A stretch of 64,000 nt of DNA from Candidatus Hydrogenedentota bacterium (lineage in GTDB: Bacteria; Hydrogenedentota; Hydrogenedentia; Hydrogenedentales; SLHB01): positions 160,001 through 224,000 of the forward strand of contig CAVUWV010000014.1 of assembly GCA_963745075.1 (NCBI GenBank). The letters run 5' to 3'. Below the pieces are notes generated by a model. The model did no database searches, was not told the DNA's origin, and saw only the letters and a program-made list of their open reading frames with translations. Below, in pieces: positions 1 through 10,817 of this stretch (within the stretch, counting starts at the first letter, position 1; every line of letters begins with the position of its first letter). Both the position numbers and the translations under genes were made by a program.

Positions 1-926
1 ACCGGATCGACACGTCCGGCTGGCCTCCCGACCTTGCGAACGCGGGGCGGGTTGACGGTGGCACCTATTGGCTCCCCTTCAACGTCGCCGTGCCGGTCCT
101 GTACTACAACCAGGAAGCCTTTGCCGATGCGGGTCTTGACGGTCCACCCAAAACCTGGACGGAATTTTTCGACTACGCGCGAAAGCTGACGAAGCGCGCG
201 CCGGATGGCACGGTCGACCGCTACGGGCTCGCCCTCTGGAACATTACATGGCCGATTCTTTCCATGGTCTGGTCGGACGGCGGCGAACTCACCAATGCCG
301 ACTATTCGAACATTACCTTGAACGACCCCGTCGTGGTCCGTGTACTGACGGAACTCCAGTCCCTCGTTCGCGAAGGCGCAGCCGTGTTTCCCGACAAGGC
401 TTCAGGCGGTCACCGGGCGGCCTTTCTTTCCGGTCGCGCGGCGATAATTCTCGATTCGCAAGATGCCTTCAGCGAAGTCTTCGACCAGTCCGTCGGCTTT
501 ACGCCCGGCCTCGCGAACTATCCTGCCGGCGCCAAAGGAAAAGTCTACGCCCCGGGAGGTGGGGGACTCACCATACTCGCCAACACCAGCGAAGCGCAAC
601 GTCCCGCCGCATGGGACTTCGTGAGGTTCATGCTTTCCCCCGAAAGCATCGCATACTACGCCCGCGAAAGTGGCTATCTTGCATTCACCAAAGAATCACG
701 AGATGCCGCCGGCGACTTGCTCGACGATCCCCGCTACGCCATCATCCACGCCGCGTTGCCCTACCTGCGCGGCGACTTTTCCGTTAATATGTCTCCCGCG
801 GTCCGCACCGCATTTGACGAAGCGTTCCAGCAAATTTTGGTCGAGGACACCGACGTACAAGCCACGCTGGATACGGCCGACGCCAAAGCCGAGCGAGAAG
901 TTCGCGAAGAGGTAATCGCGCCTTGA
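1..926 (+). CDS. ABC transporter sugar/glycerol-3-phosphate substrate-binding protein (UgpB-like), 5'-truncated by window
   Basis: Frame open from base 3 (RIDTSGW...YWLPFNVAVPVLYYN); CUT1 SBP motifs LYYN..AF..AGL.PPKTW, AAWDFVRFM; followed by two permeases. Confidence 0.85.
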   Translation, partial: RIDTSGWPPDLANAGRVDGGTYWLPFNVAVPVLYYNQEAFADAGLDGPPKTWTEFFDYARKLTKRAPDGTVDRYGLALWNITWPILSMVWSDGGELTNADYSNITLNDPVVVRVLTELQSLVREGAAVFPDKASGGHRAAFLSGRAAIILDSQDAFSEVFDQSVGFTPGLANYPAGAKGKVYAPGGGGLTILANTSEAQRPAAWDFVRFMLSPESIAYYARESGYLAFTKESRDAAGDLLDDPRYAIIHAALPYLRGDFSVNMSPAVRTAFDEAFQQILVEDTDVQATLDTADAKAEREVREEVIAP

Positions 927-968
927 CCGAAGTACGTCTGTGCGATCAGATTAGAGGTTCCGATTCGT

Positions 969-1889
969 TTGATTTCATCTCACCGACAGCGCATTGCGCG
1001 AACGTTTCGCCGGAATTGGCGTGAGTGGTTGACCTTTCTCGCGTTCGTCGCGCCGAATCTTGTTCTGTTTGCTGCATTCACGTACTGGCCCATCGTTCAT
1101 ACCTTTCTGTTGAGTTTCACCAAATGGAACCTGCTCGCGCCCGAATCCGAGTGGTGCGGGCTGCGGAATTACATTGATCTGCTGACCGACCCCACGTTCT
1201 GGCGGGTCACGATGAACACGCTTGCATATGCCGTCGTCGTGGTCGGTGTCGCACAGACCTGCGCCTTCCTCCTGGCGATTCTCCTGGATTATCCGCTGCG
1301 GGGCCGGTCGATCTTTCGTACGGTCGCCTTCCTGCCGCACGTTACCGCCACGGCCGCTGCGGCCTTGGTCTGGGTCGTCGTCCTGCATCCGCAGTTTGGG
1401 CCCCTTGCCACGCTCTATAACGCGGCCGGCGTCCAAGGCCCTAACCTTTTGTCCGACGCGTCGCTCGCGCTGGTGGCCCTGATGATTGTTGGGACTTGGA
1501 GAGAAATCGGGTTCGCGTCCCTCTTCTTCCTCGCGGGACTTCAAAGTCTTCCCACCGAATGCTACGAATCCGCCGCTATCGACGGGGCGCGGCCCTGGAC
1601 CCGCTTGCGGCACATCACGTTGCCCCTGATGAGCCCGGTGGTCTTTTTCCTGCTTGTCTCGGGGTTCATTGCGGCGATCAAAGCCTTCGACGTGGTGGCC
1701 ATCATGACCGAGGGGGGCCCCGTGTATCCGTCTTCCAGTGTCTACGTTTACCACCTGTACAAATTGGCCTTCCGCGACTACCGCGCCGGAATGGCCTCCG
1801 CTTTCGCCATGATCTTTTTCGCCGCCACCGTGCTGGTAACCGCCATCCAGTTCCGGGCCGCCGCCCGCTGGGTGCACTACGAGAACTGA
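969..1889 (+). CDS. Carbohydrate ABC transporter permease (UgpA/MalF-like)
   Basis: 6 hydrophobic segments; EAA loop YESAAIDGA.PW.RL.HITLP. Confidence 0.9.
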   Translation: MISSHRQRIARTFRRNWREWLTFLAFVAPNLVLFAAFTYWPIVHTFLLSFTKWNLLAPESEWCGLRNYIDLLTDPTFWRVTMNTLAYAVVVVGVAQTCAFLLAILLDYPLRGRSIFRTVAFLPHVTATAAAALVWVVVLHPQFGPLATLYNAAGVQGPNLLSDASLALVALMIVGTWREIGFASLFFLAGLQSLPTECYESAAIDGARPWTRLRHITLPLMSPVVFFLLVSGFIAAIKAFDVVAIMTEGGPVYPSSSVYVYHLYKLAFRDYRAGMASAFAMIFFAATVLVTAIQFRAAARWVHYEN

Positions 1890-1934
1890 TCGATCGTGTT
1901 GGCGTCACATGAGAAAGGACGACGCGGCTTTGCG

Positions 1935-2748
1935 ATGACCGTCAAATACGTTGGAGTCGTGCTCGCCACCGGTATACTTGGCCTGCCATTTTTCTGGACG
2001 GTCATGACGTCGCTGAAAGTCGAATGCGGAACTGAGTGCGTACCCACCGTCCTGGCTGCCCGACGCGTTCGCTTGGGGGAACTATGTCAAGGCATGGCGG
2101 GCCGCGCCCTTCGGCTGGTTCTACGTAAACAGCATCGTCACGGGTTTGGCGACAACCGCGCTGCAAATCGCATTCGCCTCGCTTATGGCCTATGCCTTTG
2201 CGTGCATCCGATTCCCCGGGAAACAACTCCTCCTGCTCCTGGTCTTGGCCACCATGATGATTCCGGACGAAATGAAGCTCGTACCGAACTACTTGCTGCT
2301 GAATAAGTTTGGGTGGATTGACACCTACTGGGCCCTGATCGTGCCGCCTATTGCCTATGCGTTCCCTGTATTCGTGCTCTACCAACAGTTCCGCACAATT
2401 CCCCGCGCCCTGCTGGATGCCGCCAAGGTGGACGGCGCCAGCCATTTTCGCATCGTGTGGCAGGTCGTACTCCCCGTGAGCCGGCCGGTCCTGATCGCAG
2501 TTACCCTGGTGTCTTTCCTAGGCCGCTGGAACGATTATCTCTGGCCTTTGGTCGTCACCAACTCGGCCCGGATGCGTACTCTCCCGATCGGATTGGCCTA
2601 CCTCAAGAAGCAGGCGGAGGAGGGCACAACCCCTTGGAATCAAATGATGGCAGCCGCCATTTTCGTTGTCATTCCGATCGTAATTCTGTACAGTATATTG
2701 CAGAAGCAGTTTGTTGCTGGCATCACCAAAGGTGCCGTGAAGGGGTAG
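1935..2748 (+). pseudogene. Carbohydrate ABC transporter permease (UgpE/MalG-like), one +1 frameshift at ~2016-2019 (possible sequencing error)
   Basis: ...PFFWTVMTSLK continues in another frame as SNAELSAYPPSWLP...LLDAAKVDGA; removing one A from ctgAAAgtcg restores one ORF. Confidence 0.8.
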
Positions 2749-2792
2749 GTTCCCATTGGAACGGCAGGAAGGGGAAGTACGCCGTGTACGGC

Positions 2793-3359
2793 ATGAGATT
2801 CTTCAAAGGGTTCATCGGGGCGCCCAATCGCGTGGGTTCGATCGTACCCAGTTCCCGCGAACTCGCGACGGTTGTTGTTCAAGCAGCTAAGGTCCCCGAG
2901 GCCAAGGTGGTCGTCGAATTCGGCCCCGGAACCGGTGCAATCACCGAGCAGATTCTTCCCTTCCTTCAGCCAGGCGCAACGTTTTTCGGCATGGAGATCA
3001 ATCCGGACTTTGTCAAAGTCTTGAAAAAACGCTTCCCCGCAGTCCAGGTATTCGAAGATTCTGCCGCAAATACACCCGGGTACCTGGCCCAACTCGGCGA
3101 AACCCACTGCGACAGCATCGTGTCCGGGCTTCCCTGGACCGTCTTTAACGATCGGCTGCAGGATGAACTGCTGGACGCGATTGTCGCGTCCCTCCGGCCC
3201 GGTGGTACTTTCGCAACCTATACGTATATTCACAGCACGGCAGTGCCTTCCGGGAAGAAATTCCGGAAAAAACTCAAACGCCGGTTCAGCCAGGTCGGCG
3301 AAACCGGCATTGTCTGGAAGAATGTGCCCCCCGCCATGGTCCTGTGGGCGCAGAAGTAG
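2793..3359 (+). CDS. SAM-dependent methyltransferase, phospholipid N-methyltransferase (PmtA)-like
   Basis: [19 protein letters not shown] motif, IVSGLPW, C-terminal NVPPA; purine-rich RBS upstream; alternative GTG start at 2784. Confidence 0.75.
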   Translation: MRFFKGFIGAPNRVGSIVPSSRELATVVVQAAKVPEAKVVVEFGPGTGAITEQILPFLQPGATFFGMEINPDFVKVLKKRFPAVQVFEDSAANTPGYLAQLGETHCDSIVSGLPWTVFNDRLQDELLDAIVASLRPGGTFATYTYIHSTAVPSGKKFRKKLKRRFSQVGETGIVWKNVPPAMVLWAQK

Positions 3360-3405
3360 CCGGAACCGTTTCCGAATTCCTTCACAATTCAAAGGGGCGA
3401 ACGGT

Positions 3406-4053
3406 ATGTCCAAGAAAGCGTTGATGGTATGGGGCGGCTGGGAAGGCCACGAACCCCTGCCGTGCGTCGAACGTTTTGTTCCGGTGCTCGAGCGGGAAGG
3501 CTTCGCCGTCGAAGTCTCCAACAGTCTGGATTCCTTCCTGGATGCCGAAGGTCTGGCCGGACTGAACCTTATCGTTCCCTGTTGGACCATGGGTACACTC
3601 ACTTCAGATCAAATCAAGGGCCTGATGAGCGCCGTTCGCGGCGGGGTCGGTTTGGCCGGCTGGCACGGCGGTATGTGTGACGCTTTCCGGGACGATGTGG
3701 ACTACCAGTTCATGACCGGCGGACAGTTCGTCGCACACCCCGGCGACATCATCGACTACACAGTTAACATCACCGCCCCCGCCGATCCCGTCGTTGCGGG
3801 GCTGCGTGATTTCAAAATGCATTCCGAGCAATACTACATGCACGTCGACCCGTCGAACGAAGTCCTGGCCACGACGGTCATTTCCGGGATCAACGCGCCA
3901 TGGACGAAAGGCTGCATCATGCCCGTCGTGTGGAAGCGATCCTTTGGCGACGGCCGCGTGTTCTATTCATCCCTGGGTCATGTTGCGGCGGATTTTGACG
4001 TTCCGGAATGCTTCGACATCATGTGGCGCGGTATGCTTTGGGCGAGCAAGTAG
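3406..4053 (+). CDS. ThuA (trehalose utilisation) domain protein
   Basis: [45 protein letters not shown]. Confidence 0.9.
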   Translation: MSKKALMVWGGWEGHEPLPCVERFVPVLEREGFAVEVSNSLDSFLDAEGLAGLNLIVPCWTMGTLTSDQIKGLMSAVRGGVGLAGWHGGMCDAFRDDVDYQFMTGGQFVAHPGDIIDYTVNITAPADPVVAGLRDFKMHSEQYYMHVDPSNEVLATTVISGINAPWTKGCIMPVVWKRSFGDGRVFYSSLGHVAADFDVPECFDIMWRGMLWASK

Positions 4054-4066
4054 GAGGAAGTAACCG

Positions 4067-5170
4067 TTGGAACCCGTAAAGTGCGGCGTCATCGGGTGCG
4101 GAAACATTTGCGACATCTACTTTCAAGGCGGAAAGCGCTTCGAGAGCATCGAGATCGTCGCGTGTGCCGATCTCATCAAGGAACGGGCCAAGACGAAGGC
4201 GAAGGAACACAACATTCCCCGGGCGCTACCGGTTGACAAATTGCTCAGCGACCCCGAGATCGAGATTGTCATTAACCTCACCCTGCCGGACGCCCACGGC
4301 GACCTCGCCATCGCCGCCCTTCAAGCGGGCAAGTCCATTTACAACGAGAAACCCCTGGCGGTGACCCGCGAACAGGCCCGTCAAATGCTCGACTTGGCCA
4401 AAGAAAAGGGGCTTCGCGTTGGCTGCGCGCCCGATACGTTCCTGGGCGCGTCGATCCAAACCTGCCGCAAGATTATCGATGACGGGTGGATCGGCGAGCC
4501 TGTCGCCGCTACCGCCTTCATGATGGAACACGGCCACGAGCATTGGCACCCGAATCCAAGTTTCTTTTATCAAGCGGGCGCCGGTCCCATGTTCGATATG
4601 GGACCTTATTACCTTACGGCGTTGTGTTCGCTGATAGGCCCTATTCGTCGCGTCGCCGCGTCCACACGCATTGTTTTTCCCGAGCGGCTCGTCACGAGTC
4701 AGCCCAATCGCGGATCGCGCATCAAAGTCACAACCCCGACCCACCTCGCCGGTATCGTTGACTTTCATAACAAAGCTATCGGGACAATGATCGTCAGCTT
4801 TGACGTGTGGGGACACCATCTCCCGCACATTGAAATCCACGGTACCGAAGGTTCCATGTCGGTTCCCGACCCCAATTGTTTCGGCGGTATCATCACCGTG
4901 AAACGTGGCAGGGAAGGGGAGTGGAAGGAAATGCCCTACACGCACGGCTACTCGGAGAACAGCCGGGGATTGGGCGTGGCCGACATGGCCTATGCCTTAC
5001 GCTCCGGACGGCCGCATCGCGCCAGCGGGGACCTGGCCTACCACGTCCTCGATGTCATGCACTGCTTCGATGAGTCGTCGATCACGGGGCAACATGTGGA
5101 AACGGAACAACCGTGTCCTCGTCCCACGCCGCTGCCCATCGGTCTGTTGGACGGTACGCTCGATCCGTAA
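4067..5170 (+). CDS. Gfo/Idh/MocA family oxidoreductase
   Basis: GVIGCGNI Rossmann motif, [29 protein letters not shown]. Confidence 0.92.
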   Translation: MEPVKCGVIGCGNICDIYFQGGKRFESIEIVACADLIKERAKTKAKEHNIPRALPVDKLLSDPEIEIVINLTLPDAHGDLAIAALQAGKSIYNEKPLAVTREQARQMLDLAKEKGLRVGCAPDTFLGASIQTCRKIIDDGWIGEPVAATAFMMEHGHEHWHPNPSFFYQAGAGPMFDMGPYYLTALCSLIGPIRRVAASTRIVFPERLVTSQPNRGSRIKVTTPTHLAGIVDFHNKAIGTMIVSFDVWGHHLPHIEIHGTEGSMSVPDPNCFGGIITVKRGREGEWKEMPYTHGYSENSRGLGVADMAYALRSGRPHRASGDLAYHVLDVMHCFDESSITGQHVETEQPCPRPTPLPIGLLDGTLDP

Positions 5171-5456
5171 ATGCGTCGCCCGATGACGTCACCAGCGTCG
5201 GCCTTCCAGCGGATGTCCCCTTCGTCTCAATTCCTTGCGACGGTACCGGTGCCGGATCGACCGGGGGCCTTGGTGAGGGCGACATTGCGTCCATGATGAA
5301 ACCGAGCAGCAGAAGCAGCGCCGCGAGGATAAACGCTCCGGCAATCAATCCGATGAACATAAACCGTAATCGCCGTTCCCGCGCGTGGTCAACATTGTAA
5401 GGGTTGGCGTCGGCAGAAATCGGGGCTGCGCCACTTTCCGGCAACTTCTCGTCCAT
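5082..5456 (-). CDS. Small single-pass membrane protein, hypothetical
   Basis: AAGGAG RBS; one strong TM helix followed by Pro-rich tail; 3' end overlaps the convergent oxidoreductase. Confidence 0.55.
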   Translation of the reverse strand: MDEKLPESGAAPISADANPYNVDHARERRLRFMFIGLIAGAFILAALLLLLGFIMDAMSPSPRPPVDPAPVPSQGIETKGTSAGRPTLVTSSGDAFTDRAYRPTDRWAAAWDEDTVVPFPHVAP

Positions 5457-5481
5457 ACTTCTCCTTTACGACGTGGCGCGA

Positions 5482-6093
5482 TCAGATTCGTTTCCGAATG
5501 CGAATGAAACCGGAAACCACTCTCGTCAGTAGCAACCCGATGCAAATCCATAACACGGCGTTCAAGGATCCGGGAAGCCAGTAGGATTCAACCAAAACCC
5601 ATGCATACACTAAAAAGCGTGGCCGGAACAACCAGGAATAGGGGACATCGAGAAAATTCCGCGCCATGGCGAACAAGACGACCACCGTGTACGTCACGAT
5701 ATAGAGCGCCCCGGAGAACATTCCCGCGTCGCCTGTGTACATCAGGGTCAACGTTGACGCGGCAATCACGGTCTGGTCCGCCATGCTGTCCGTGAACGAC
5801 CCACTGCGCGATGCTACGCCCAAATGGCGGGCCAACGGCCCATCGAGCCCATCCAGCACCACATGAAGCGCCAGCGCCGCCAACGCCCACGGTACGGAAT
5901 AGAAATACAACAGACAAAACGCCAACCCGGCGATCAATGACAACACCGTCAAATGATCCGGCCGCAAACCAGTCTTCGACATCAGCCGCAATGCTGGTCC
6001 AAACGCCTCGCCGCGCATGCGCTGCGTGTACTCCATCCAACGCCGTTCGCCCCCGGAATAGCAGTCGGCTTTCTGATCTTTACTCGATGCCAT
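5482..6093 (-). CDS. CDP-alcohol phosphatidyltransferase family protein
   Basis: Signature DGLDGPLAR...S..GSFTDSMAD; hydrophobic; start placed at MASSKDQK. Confidence 0.88.
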   Translation of the reverse strand: MASSKDQKADCYSGGERRWMEYTQRMRGEAFGPALRLMSKTGLRPDHLTVLSLIAGLAFCLLYFYSVPWALAALALHVVLDGLDGPLARHLGVASRSGSFTDSMADQTVIAASTLTLMYTGDAGMFSGALYIVTYTVVVLFAMARNFLDVPYSWLFRPRFLVYAWVLVESYWLPGSLNAVLWICIGLLLTRVVSGFIRIRKRI

Positions 6094-6284
6094 CACTTGT
6101 CCCCGGTCACGCGCCACTATACGGTCTGGTGTAAATCGCGCGCAAACTGATCGCACCCTAGGCACCGGCACTGAATCGCGTAGGATACATCTTACTAGGA
6201 CGCTTCGGAAGGTCGCCCGGGCTTCAAGAAGCTGGAAAGCCATCCACTCAAATGGTTCAGCGGTGAAAACTAGACGGTCGGCAC

Positions 6285-6341
6285 TTAGTCCGGGGTATAG
6301 GTCCTCGCCACCATTGGAGTCCACCACAACCGCTTCGGCAT
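6285..6341 (-). CDS. Candidate 18-aa small ORF MPKRLWWTPMVARTYTPD
   Basis: Perfect AAGGAGG 8 nt before ATG, immediately after the barrel gene stop. Confidence 0.3.
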   Translation of the reverse strand: MPKRLWWTPMVARTYTPD

Positions 6342-6364
6342 TGTTGGGTCCTCCTTGGCTTCGT

Positions 6365-7900
6365 CTAAAACTTAATCAGCGTGTCCACCCCGACATACGT
6401 TGCATCATCACTATCCGAACCGCCGTTGAACTCCAGACCGTTGCTGTATATGAAGTTGCCCTTCTCGAGGTCCCCGTCGGCGAAAAGGTGCTCCACCACC
6501 AGCCGGAACACAAGATCCTCCGAATAATGGTAATGAAGATCGATACTCGCGATGGTGCCGATACCATTCCCCGCTGACTCAGTGAGGAACGGCAGTGCTG
6601 GCGCTACCGGGATTCGAAACGCCCCGGCCGAAACCATTCTCGGCATATCAAACGTTTCGTTCACCCAATACTTCATGAGAGTCGCCGTGACCGTAACCGC
6701 GTCGATTGGCCGCAGGTTAGTCCCCACGCGAAGCTGGCTGAAGTTCGAAGCATTGCGGTCCTGACCGAACAACTCACCGTACTTCGTCTCGCTAAAGAGT
6801 CGATTGAACGATACGCTCGCCTCGGGCCGATCGAAGGGATTGATCCAATCCAAGAAACTGAGATCCCGATTATCTTCACCCCCGAAGTACGCGCCACCAA
6901 CAAAGACGCGCGGGTGCCATGCAACGTCAAACGCATACCCAATTTCGAGATCGCCGGCCCAGGAATCGAAGCGAGCCCCGGTATCGCCGTATCCAAATGG
7001 AGAGAACAGATGACCGATGCTATCCGCGGTGCCGGTCTGGTAGGCGGCTTCGAGCGCGTAGTCCAGCGCGTCAAATTCACCTTCCGCGCGAATTCCGAAC
7101 GTGTGCAACTCGGTGGGATCGTAATCGTCTACACCGGCCCAGTTATCGAGCCGTTCGATGGGGGCGATGAAATTGGTGTCGTTCAGGGATCGCGCGTCGC
7201 GAACGAATAACCAGTACGCCATGAACTCGTGATTAGCGATCCCCGTGTAGGTTGCGTTCAGTCCGTAGAATTCGACATCGCCATCCTGTTCGTAGATCCC
7301 GTCCTCGGAAAGGACCGTCCACCATCCGTCAACGGTGAACGGTTCGCCCATGTACGTGAGCCGCACGCCGTCAAAGGCAAACTCGTCGGTGCTATGCTTC
7401 TTGCCAACCAGCCACCCGTCCCCAAGCTCGATCTGTTGCCGACCTACGCGGAGTTGAAGTGGCACCCCAAACATTTGATGAACTTCCACGTAACTTTGGA
7501 GAAACTCTATGTCGCTTGACGTGTCCGCGCGAACGTCGGCGCCCGTTACATAGTCCGAACGAAAATTCTTTCCCCAGGTCTCCCGGCTGAACAGATCGAC
7601 CTGAGCACTTACGTTGCCGGTGAAGTCCGCCCGGAACTGAAGCTTCGTGTTCTGCTCGAACCGCATCTTGTCGTTACTCTTGTCATCCCAAGCCAACTCG
7701 CTGGCCGTACCGTAAGGGCCGACGGCCCGGCCCGGGAGAAAGAAGTCGGGAATCCGTACCTCGGGTTCCCCGTCGACGAACATGTTTGACCAGTACCGCG
7801 CCCGAATCCGGAGTTGGCCACCCACATTCACGTCTTGCAATTCCCCCGCCGCCACCGTTACACAGATCAAGGACACGACGATCGACAGTAACCGTTTCAT
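6365..7900 (-). CDS. Alginate export (AlgE-like) family outer-membrane beta-barrel
   Basis: Signal peptide MKRLLSIVV...A; GGQLRIRARY, LRVGRQQIELGDGWLVG, FDGVRL motifs; C-terminal Phe. Confidence 0.8.
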   Translation of the reverse strand: MKRLLSIVVSLICVTVAAGELQDVNVGGQLRIRARYWSNMFVDGEPEVRIPDFFLPGRAVGPYGTASELAWDDKSNDKMRFEQNTKLQFRADFTGNVSAQVDLFSRETWGKNFRSDYVTGADVRADTSSDIEFLQSYVEVHQMFGVPLQLRVGRQQIELGDGWLVGKKHSTDEFAFDGVRLTYMGEPFTVDGWWTVLSEDGIYEQDGDVEFYGLNATYTGIANHEFMAYWLFVRDARSLNDTNFIAPIERLDNWAGVDDYDPTELHTFGIRAEGEFDALDYALEAAYQTGTADSIGHLFSPFGYGDTGARFDSWAGDLEIGYAFDVAWHPRVFVGGAYFGGEDNRDLSFLDWINPFDRPEASVSFNRLFSETKYGELFGQDRNASNFSQLRVGTNLRPIDAVTVTATLMKYWVNETFDMPRMVSAGAFRIPVAPALPFLTESAGNGIGTIASIDLHYHYSEDLVFRLVVEHLFADGDLEKGNFIYSNGLEFNGGSDSDDATYVGVDTLIKF

Positions 7901-8000
7901 CAATATGATTCTCCGTCGCGCGGTACCGATCCGCACCCGCACTCCATGCCAGTCTTGGCTCCCGATGACCTCGATACCCCGCCAGAGGCTAACCATTGTT

Positions 8001-8017
8001 TGTTAGAACAGTATTAG
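8001..8017 (-). promoter_or_regulatory. Pho-box-like direct repeat upstream of the barrel gene
   Basis: Minus strand CTAATA-N5-CTAACA, 11-bp period. Confidence 0.55.
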
Positions 8018-8132
8018 CTCGGCCGCTCGGGAATCCGGCGAAAGTGGCGCGGAAGACGTGCCCTGCTGGAAAGACCCGATCTCCCTGAAGATTCCACGTC
8101 GTGTGATTTCCAGTGTTGCTGTTCGACACGTC

Positions 8133-8149
8133 CTTACACTAACTTAACA
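8133..8149 (+). promoter_or_regulatory. Pho-box-like direct repeat upstream of phoB
   Basis: CTTACA-N5-TTAACA, 11-bp period. Confidence 0.6.
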
Positions 8150-8207
8150 TTGTTAGGGTACACTTCGCCCCGGTTAGGGGATTTCCGGTCCGATTCAGGA
8201 GCGAATC

Positions 8208-8894
8208 ATGGCACGCGAAAGTATTTTGGTCGTGGACGACGAGGAGGACATCCTCGAGCTGGTTAACTATAACCTGGCGAAGGCGGGGTACAAGGTCACT
8301 TGCGTAGCGACGGGAGGCGAGGCGGTGAAGTCCGCGCGCCAGGTGATCCCCGACCTCGTCGTGCTGGACCTTATGCTGCCGGGTCTCGACGGCCTCGAAG
8401 TGTGCACGCTGCTCAAGAACGACCCCAAGACCAGCGATGCGGCCATCATCATGCTCACGGCCCGCGGCGAAGAAGCCGACGTGGTCCGGGGGTTGGAATT
8501 AGGCGCGGACGACTACATTACGAAACCCTTCAGCCCGCGAATTCTATTGGCCCGGATCCGGGCGGTATTGCGCCGTCGCGAGACGGAAGCGATGGAAAAA
8601 TCGTCCGTCCTGCGCGTGCACGATCTTGTAATTCATCCCGGGCGCCATGAACTACTTGTCCAAGGCAAGCCCATCGATCTAACCTACACCGAGTTCCGGG
8701 TGCTCTATTGCCTGGCGCGCCGGCCCGGTTGGGTGTTTACCCGTTCGCAGATCGTGGATATGGTGCGCGGCGCCGGCTATGCGGTAACCGACCGGGCGGT
8801 CGACGTTCAGATCGTAGGGCTCCGGAAGAAGCTCGGCGAACGGGGGAGCTATATCGAAACGGTGCGCGGCGTCGGCTACCGCATGAAGGAGTAA
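8208..8894 (+). CDS. phoB: Phosphate regulon response regulator (OmpR/PhoB family)
   Basis: Receiver (VVDDE, LDLMLP, KPF) plus winged-helix IETVRGVGY; adjacent to phoR and pst genes. Confidence 0.9.
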   Translation: MARESILVVDDEEDILELVNYNLAKAGYKVTCVATGGEAVKSARQVIPDLVVLDLMLPGLDGLEVCTLLKNDPKTSDAAIIMLTARGEEADVVRGLELGADDYITKPFSPRILLARIRAVLRRRETEAMEKSSVLRVHDLVIHPGRHELLVQGKPIDLTYTEFRVLYCLARRPGWVFTRSQIVDMVRGAGYAVTDRAVDVQIVGLRKKLGERGSYIETVRGVGYRMKE

Positions 8895-8900
8895 GTATTC

Positions 8901-10709
8901 TTGCCTCGTAAGCGGCTCATCTGGCAGCTCTTCCCGCTGTTTGTCCTGGTGGCCGCCGGTTCCCTGGTCTTGGCGGCCTTCTATGCAACGCACACCATGA
9001 CCCGTATCTACCAGGCGCAGCGAAATGCCGACCTTGAAGCCCGCGCACGGCTTATCGCACCCATCGTTCGAAAGGCGCTGCAAACCGGTTCGACCGAAGA
9101 CCTGGAGCCGCTTTGTAAACGGCTTAGCGAAGCTGCGTCTGCCCGTGTCACCGTCATACTGCCATCCGGCAAGGTCCTCGCGGACTCGGACCATGATGTC
9201 GAGACCATGGACAATCACGCCGACCGCCCGGAAGTCGTGGAAGCGCTGCGTGGGGAGGTCGGCGGGTCGACGCGTTATAGCCATACGCTGCGGACCGACC
9301 TGAGTTACGTGGCCATGCCCATCCACAGGGACGGCGCCATTACGGGCATCGTGCGCATCGCCGTACCGGAACCCAGCATCGGCTCGGCAGTGCGGACCAT
9401 CTCGATGGAAGTGGCTACCGGAATTGGGCTCGTCGTGCTGGTAGTCACCGCGCTGAGCCTCATCGCCACGCGCTCGGTAACCCGGCCCGTAGAACTCCTG
9501 CGGCGCGGCGCGGAACGCTTTGCCAAAGGCGATCTGGAGGCCCGGCTCGCCATACCGAATACGGCCGAACTCGGGCTCCTCGCCAACACCATGAACACTA
9601 TGGCAACCCAACTCGAGGACCGTATCCATGCCGTTGAACGTCAACGCAACGAGTTGCAGGCCGTTCTGTCAAGCATGGTCGAGGGCGTCGTCGCCTTCGA
9701 CAGCAACGAGCGGGTGATTAGCGTGAACCAGGCGGCGGCCGACATCTTCACGATCTCGCGCGAGCACGCACTGGGTCGCGTCATCCACGAGGTCTTTCGA
9801 GACGTCGACCTCCAGCGTTTTGTTGCGTCTATCCTGGAAACCGGAGAGGCCCAGCTCGGCAGCATCGTGCTGGAACACCGCGGAGAAGAGCATCTGCGTT
9901 TGCAGGGGGCAGCGCTCCACGATGCCCAGGGAAACCGCATCGGCGGGCTTGTCGTGCTGCATGACATCACACGCCTTCATCGGTTGGAGGCCGCCCGCCG
10001 CGATTTCGTCTCCAACGTCTCCCACGAACTCAAGACCCCCATAACGGCAATTAAAGGGTATGTCGAAACCCTCCAGGACGGCGCCTTGGAGGAGCCTGAT
10101 GCAGCCCACAAATTCTTGGGGATCATCGAAAGGCAAGCCGATCGACTTTCCGCCCTGATCGAAGACCTGCTCCGGTTGAGCCGCTTGGAACAGAATGCGG
10201 AGGATGAGCGGCTGCCCTTGGAAGAAGGATCGGTTCGCGATGTGCTTGAACGGGCCATTCAAACCTGTGAGCCTGCCGCGTCCACCAAGAATATGGATGT
10301 GCAACTCCGGTGCGACGGCGCGCTGGTCGTTCGCATGAACGCTCCGCTCTTGCAGTTAGCCGTCGAGAACCTTCTTGAAAACGCCATTAAATACAGCGAT
10401 GACGGCAAGCAAGTCCTTGTGGAAGCGACGCGGGAGAACGCCGCGGTCGTGATATCCGTTTCCGACCATGGTTGCGGAATCGAACAGGAGCACCTGCCCC
10501 GCATTTTCGAACGCTTCTATCGCGTGGACAAGGCCCGAAGCCGCAAACTCGGCGGGACCGGGCTCGGACTCGCCATCGTGAAGCACATTGTCCGCGTCCA
10601 CGACGGGCAGGTTAGCGTAGACAGCACACCACGCAAGGGCAGTACGTTTCGTGTTCAGTTGCCCGCCGGTCCCGACTTCGACCGTCGTTTCTCCCCGCCC
10701 ACTGCGTAA
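8901..10709 (+). CDS. phoR: Phosphate regulon sensor histidine kinase (TM-HAMP-PAS-HisKA-HATPase)
   Basis: DFVSNVSHELKTP, NAIKYS, FERFYRVDKARSR..GGTGLGLAIVKH. Confidence 0.92.
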   Translation: MPRKRLIWQLFPLFVLVAAGSLVLAAFYATHTMTRIYQAQRNADLEARARLIAPIVRKALQTGSTEDLEPLCKRLSEAASARVTVILPSGKVLADSDHDVETMDNHADRPEVVEALRGEVGGSTRYSHTLRTDLSYVAMPIHRDGAITGIVRIAVPEPSIGSAVRTISMEVATGIGLVVLVVTALSLIATRSVTRPVELLRRGAERFAKGDLEARLAIPNTAELGLLANTMNTMATQLEDRIHAVERQRNELQAVLSSMVEGVVAFDSNERVISVNQAAADIFTISREHALGRVIHEVFRDVDLQRFVASILETGEAQLGSIVLEHRGEEHLRLQGAALHDAQGNRIGGLVVLHDITRLHRLEAARRDFVSNVSHELKTPITAIKGYVETLQDGALEEPDAAHKFLGIIERQADRLSALIEDLLRLSRLEQNAEDERLPLEEGSVRDVLERAIQTCEPAASTKNMDVQLRCDGALVVRMNAPLLQLAVENLLENAIKYSDDGKQVLVEATRENAAVVISVSDHGCGIEQEHLPRIFERFYRVDKARSRKLGGTGLGLAIVKHIVRVHDGQVSVDSTPRKGSTFRVQLPAGPDFDRRFSPPTA

Positions 10710-10727
10710 CCCCGGAAGATCGAGCGG

Positions 10728-10744
10728 CTAACACGTTCCTAACA
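10728..10744 (+). promoter_or_regulatory. Pho-box-like direct repeat upstream of pstS
   Basis: CTAACA-N5-CTAACA, exact repeat, 11-bp period. Confidence 0.65.
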
Positions 10745-10817
10745 ACCGCCACATAAACTAGGAACGCAGGATTTGGCGATCCGGTCAATCCATTCAAACG
10801 ATGCGGAAGGGATCACC

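Noticed and set aside
6365..7900. Alginate biosynthesis locus
   Set aside because: No glycosyltransferase, epimerase or other alg genes in the window
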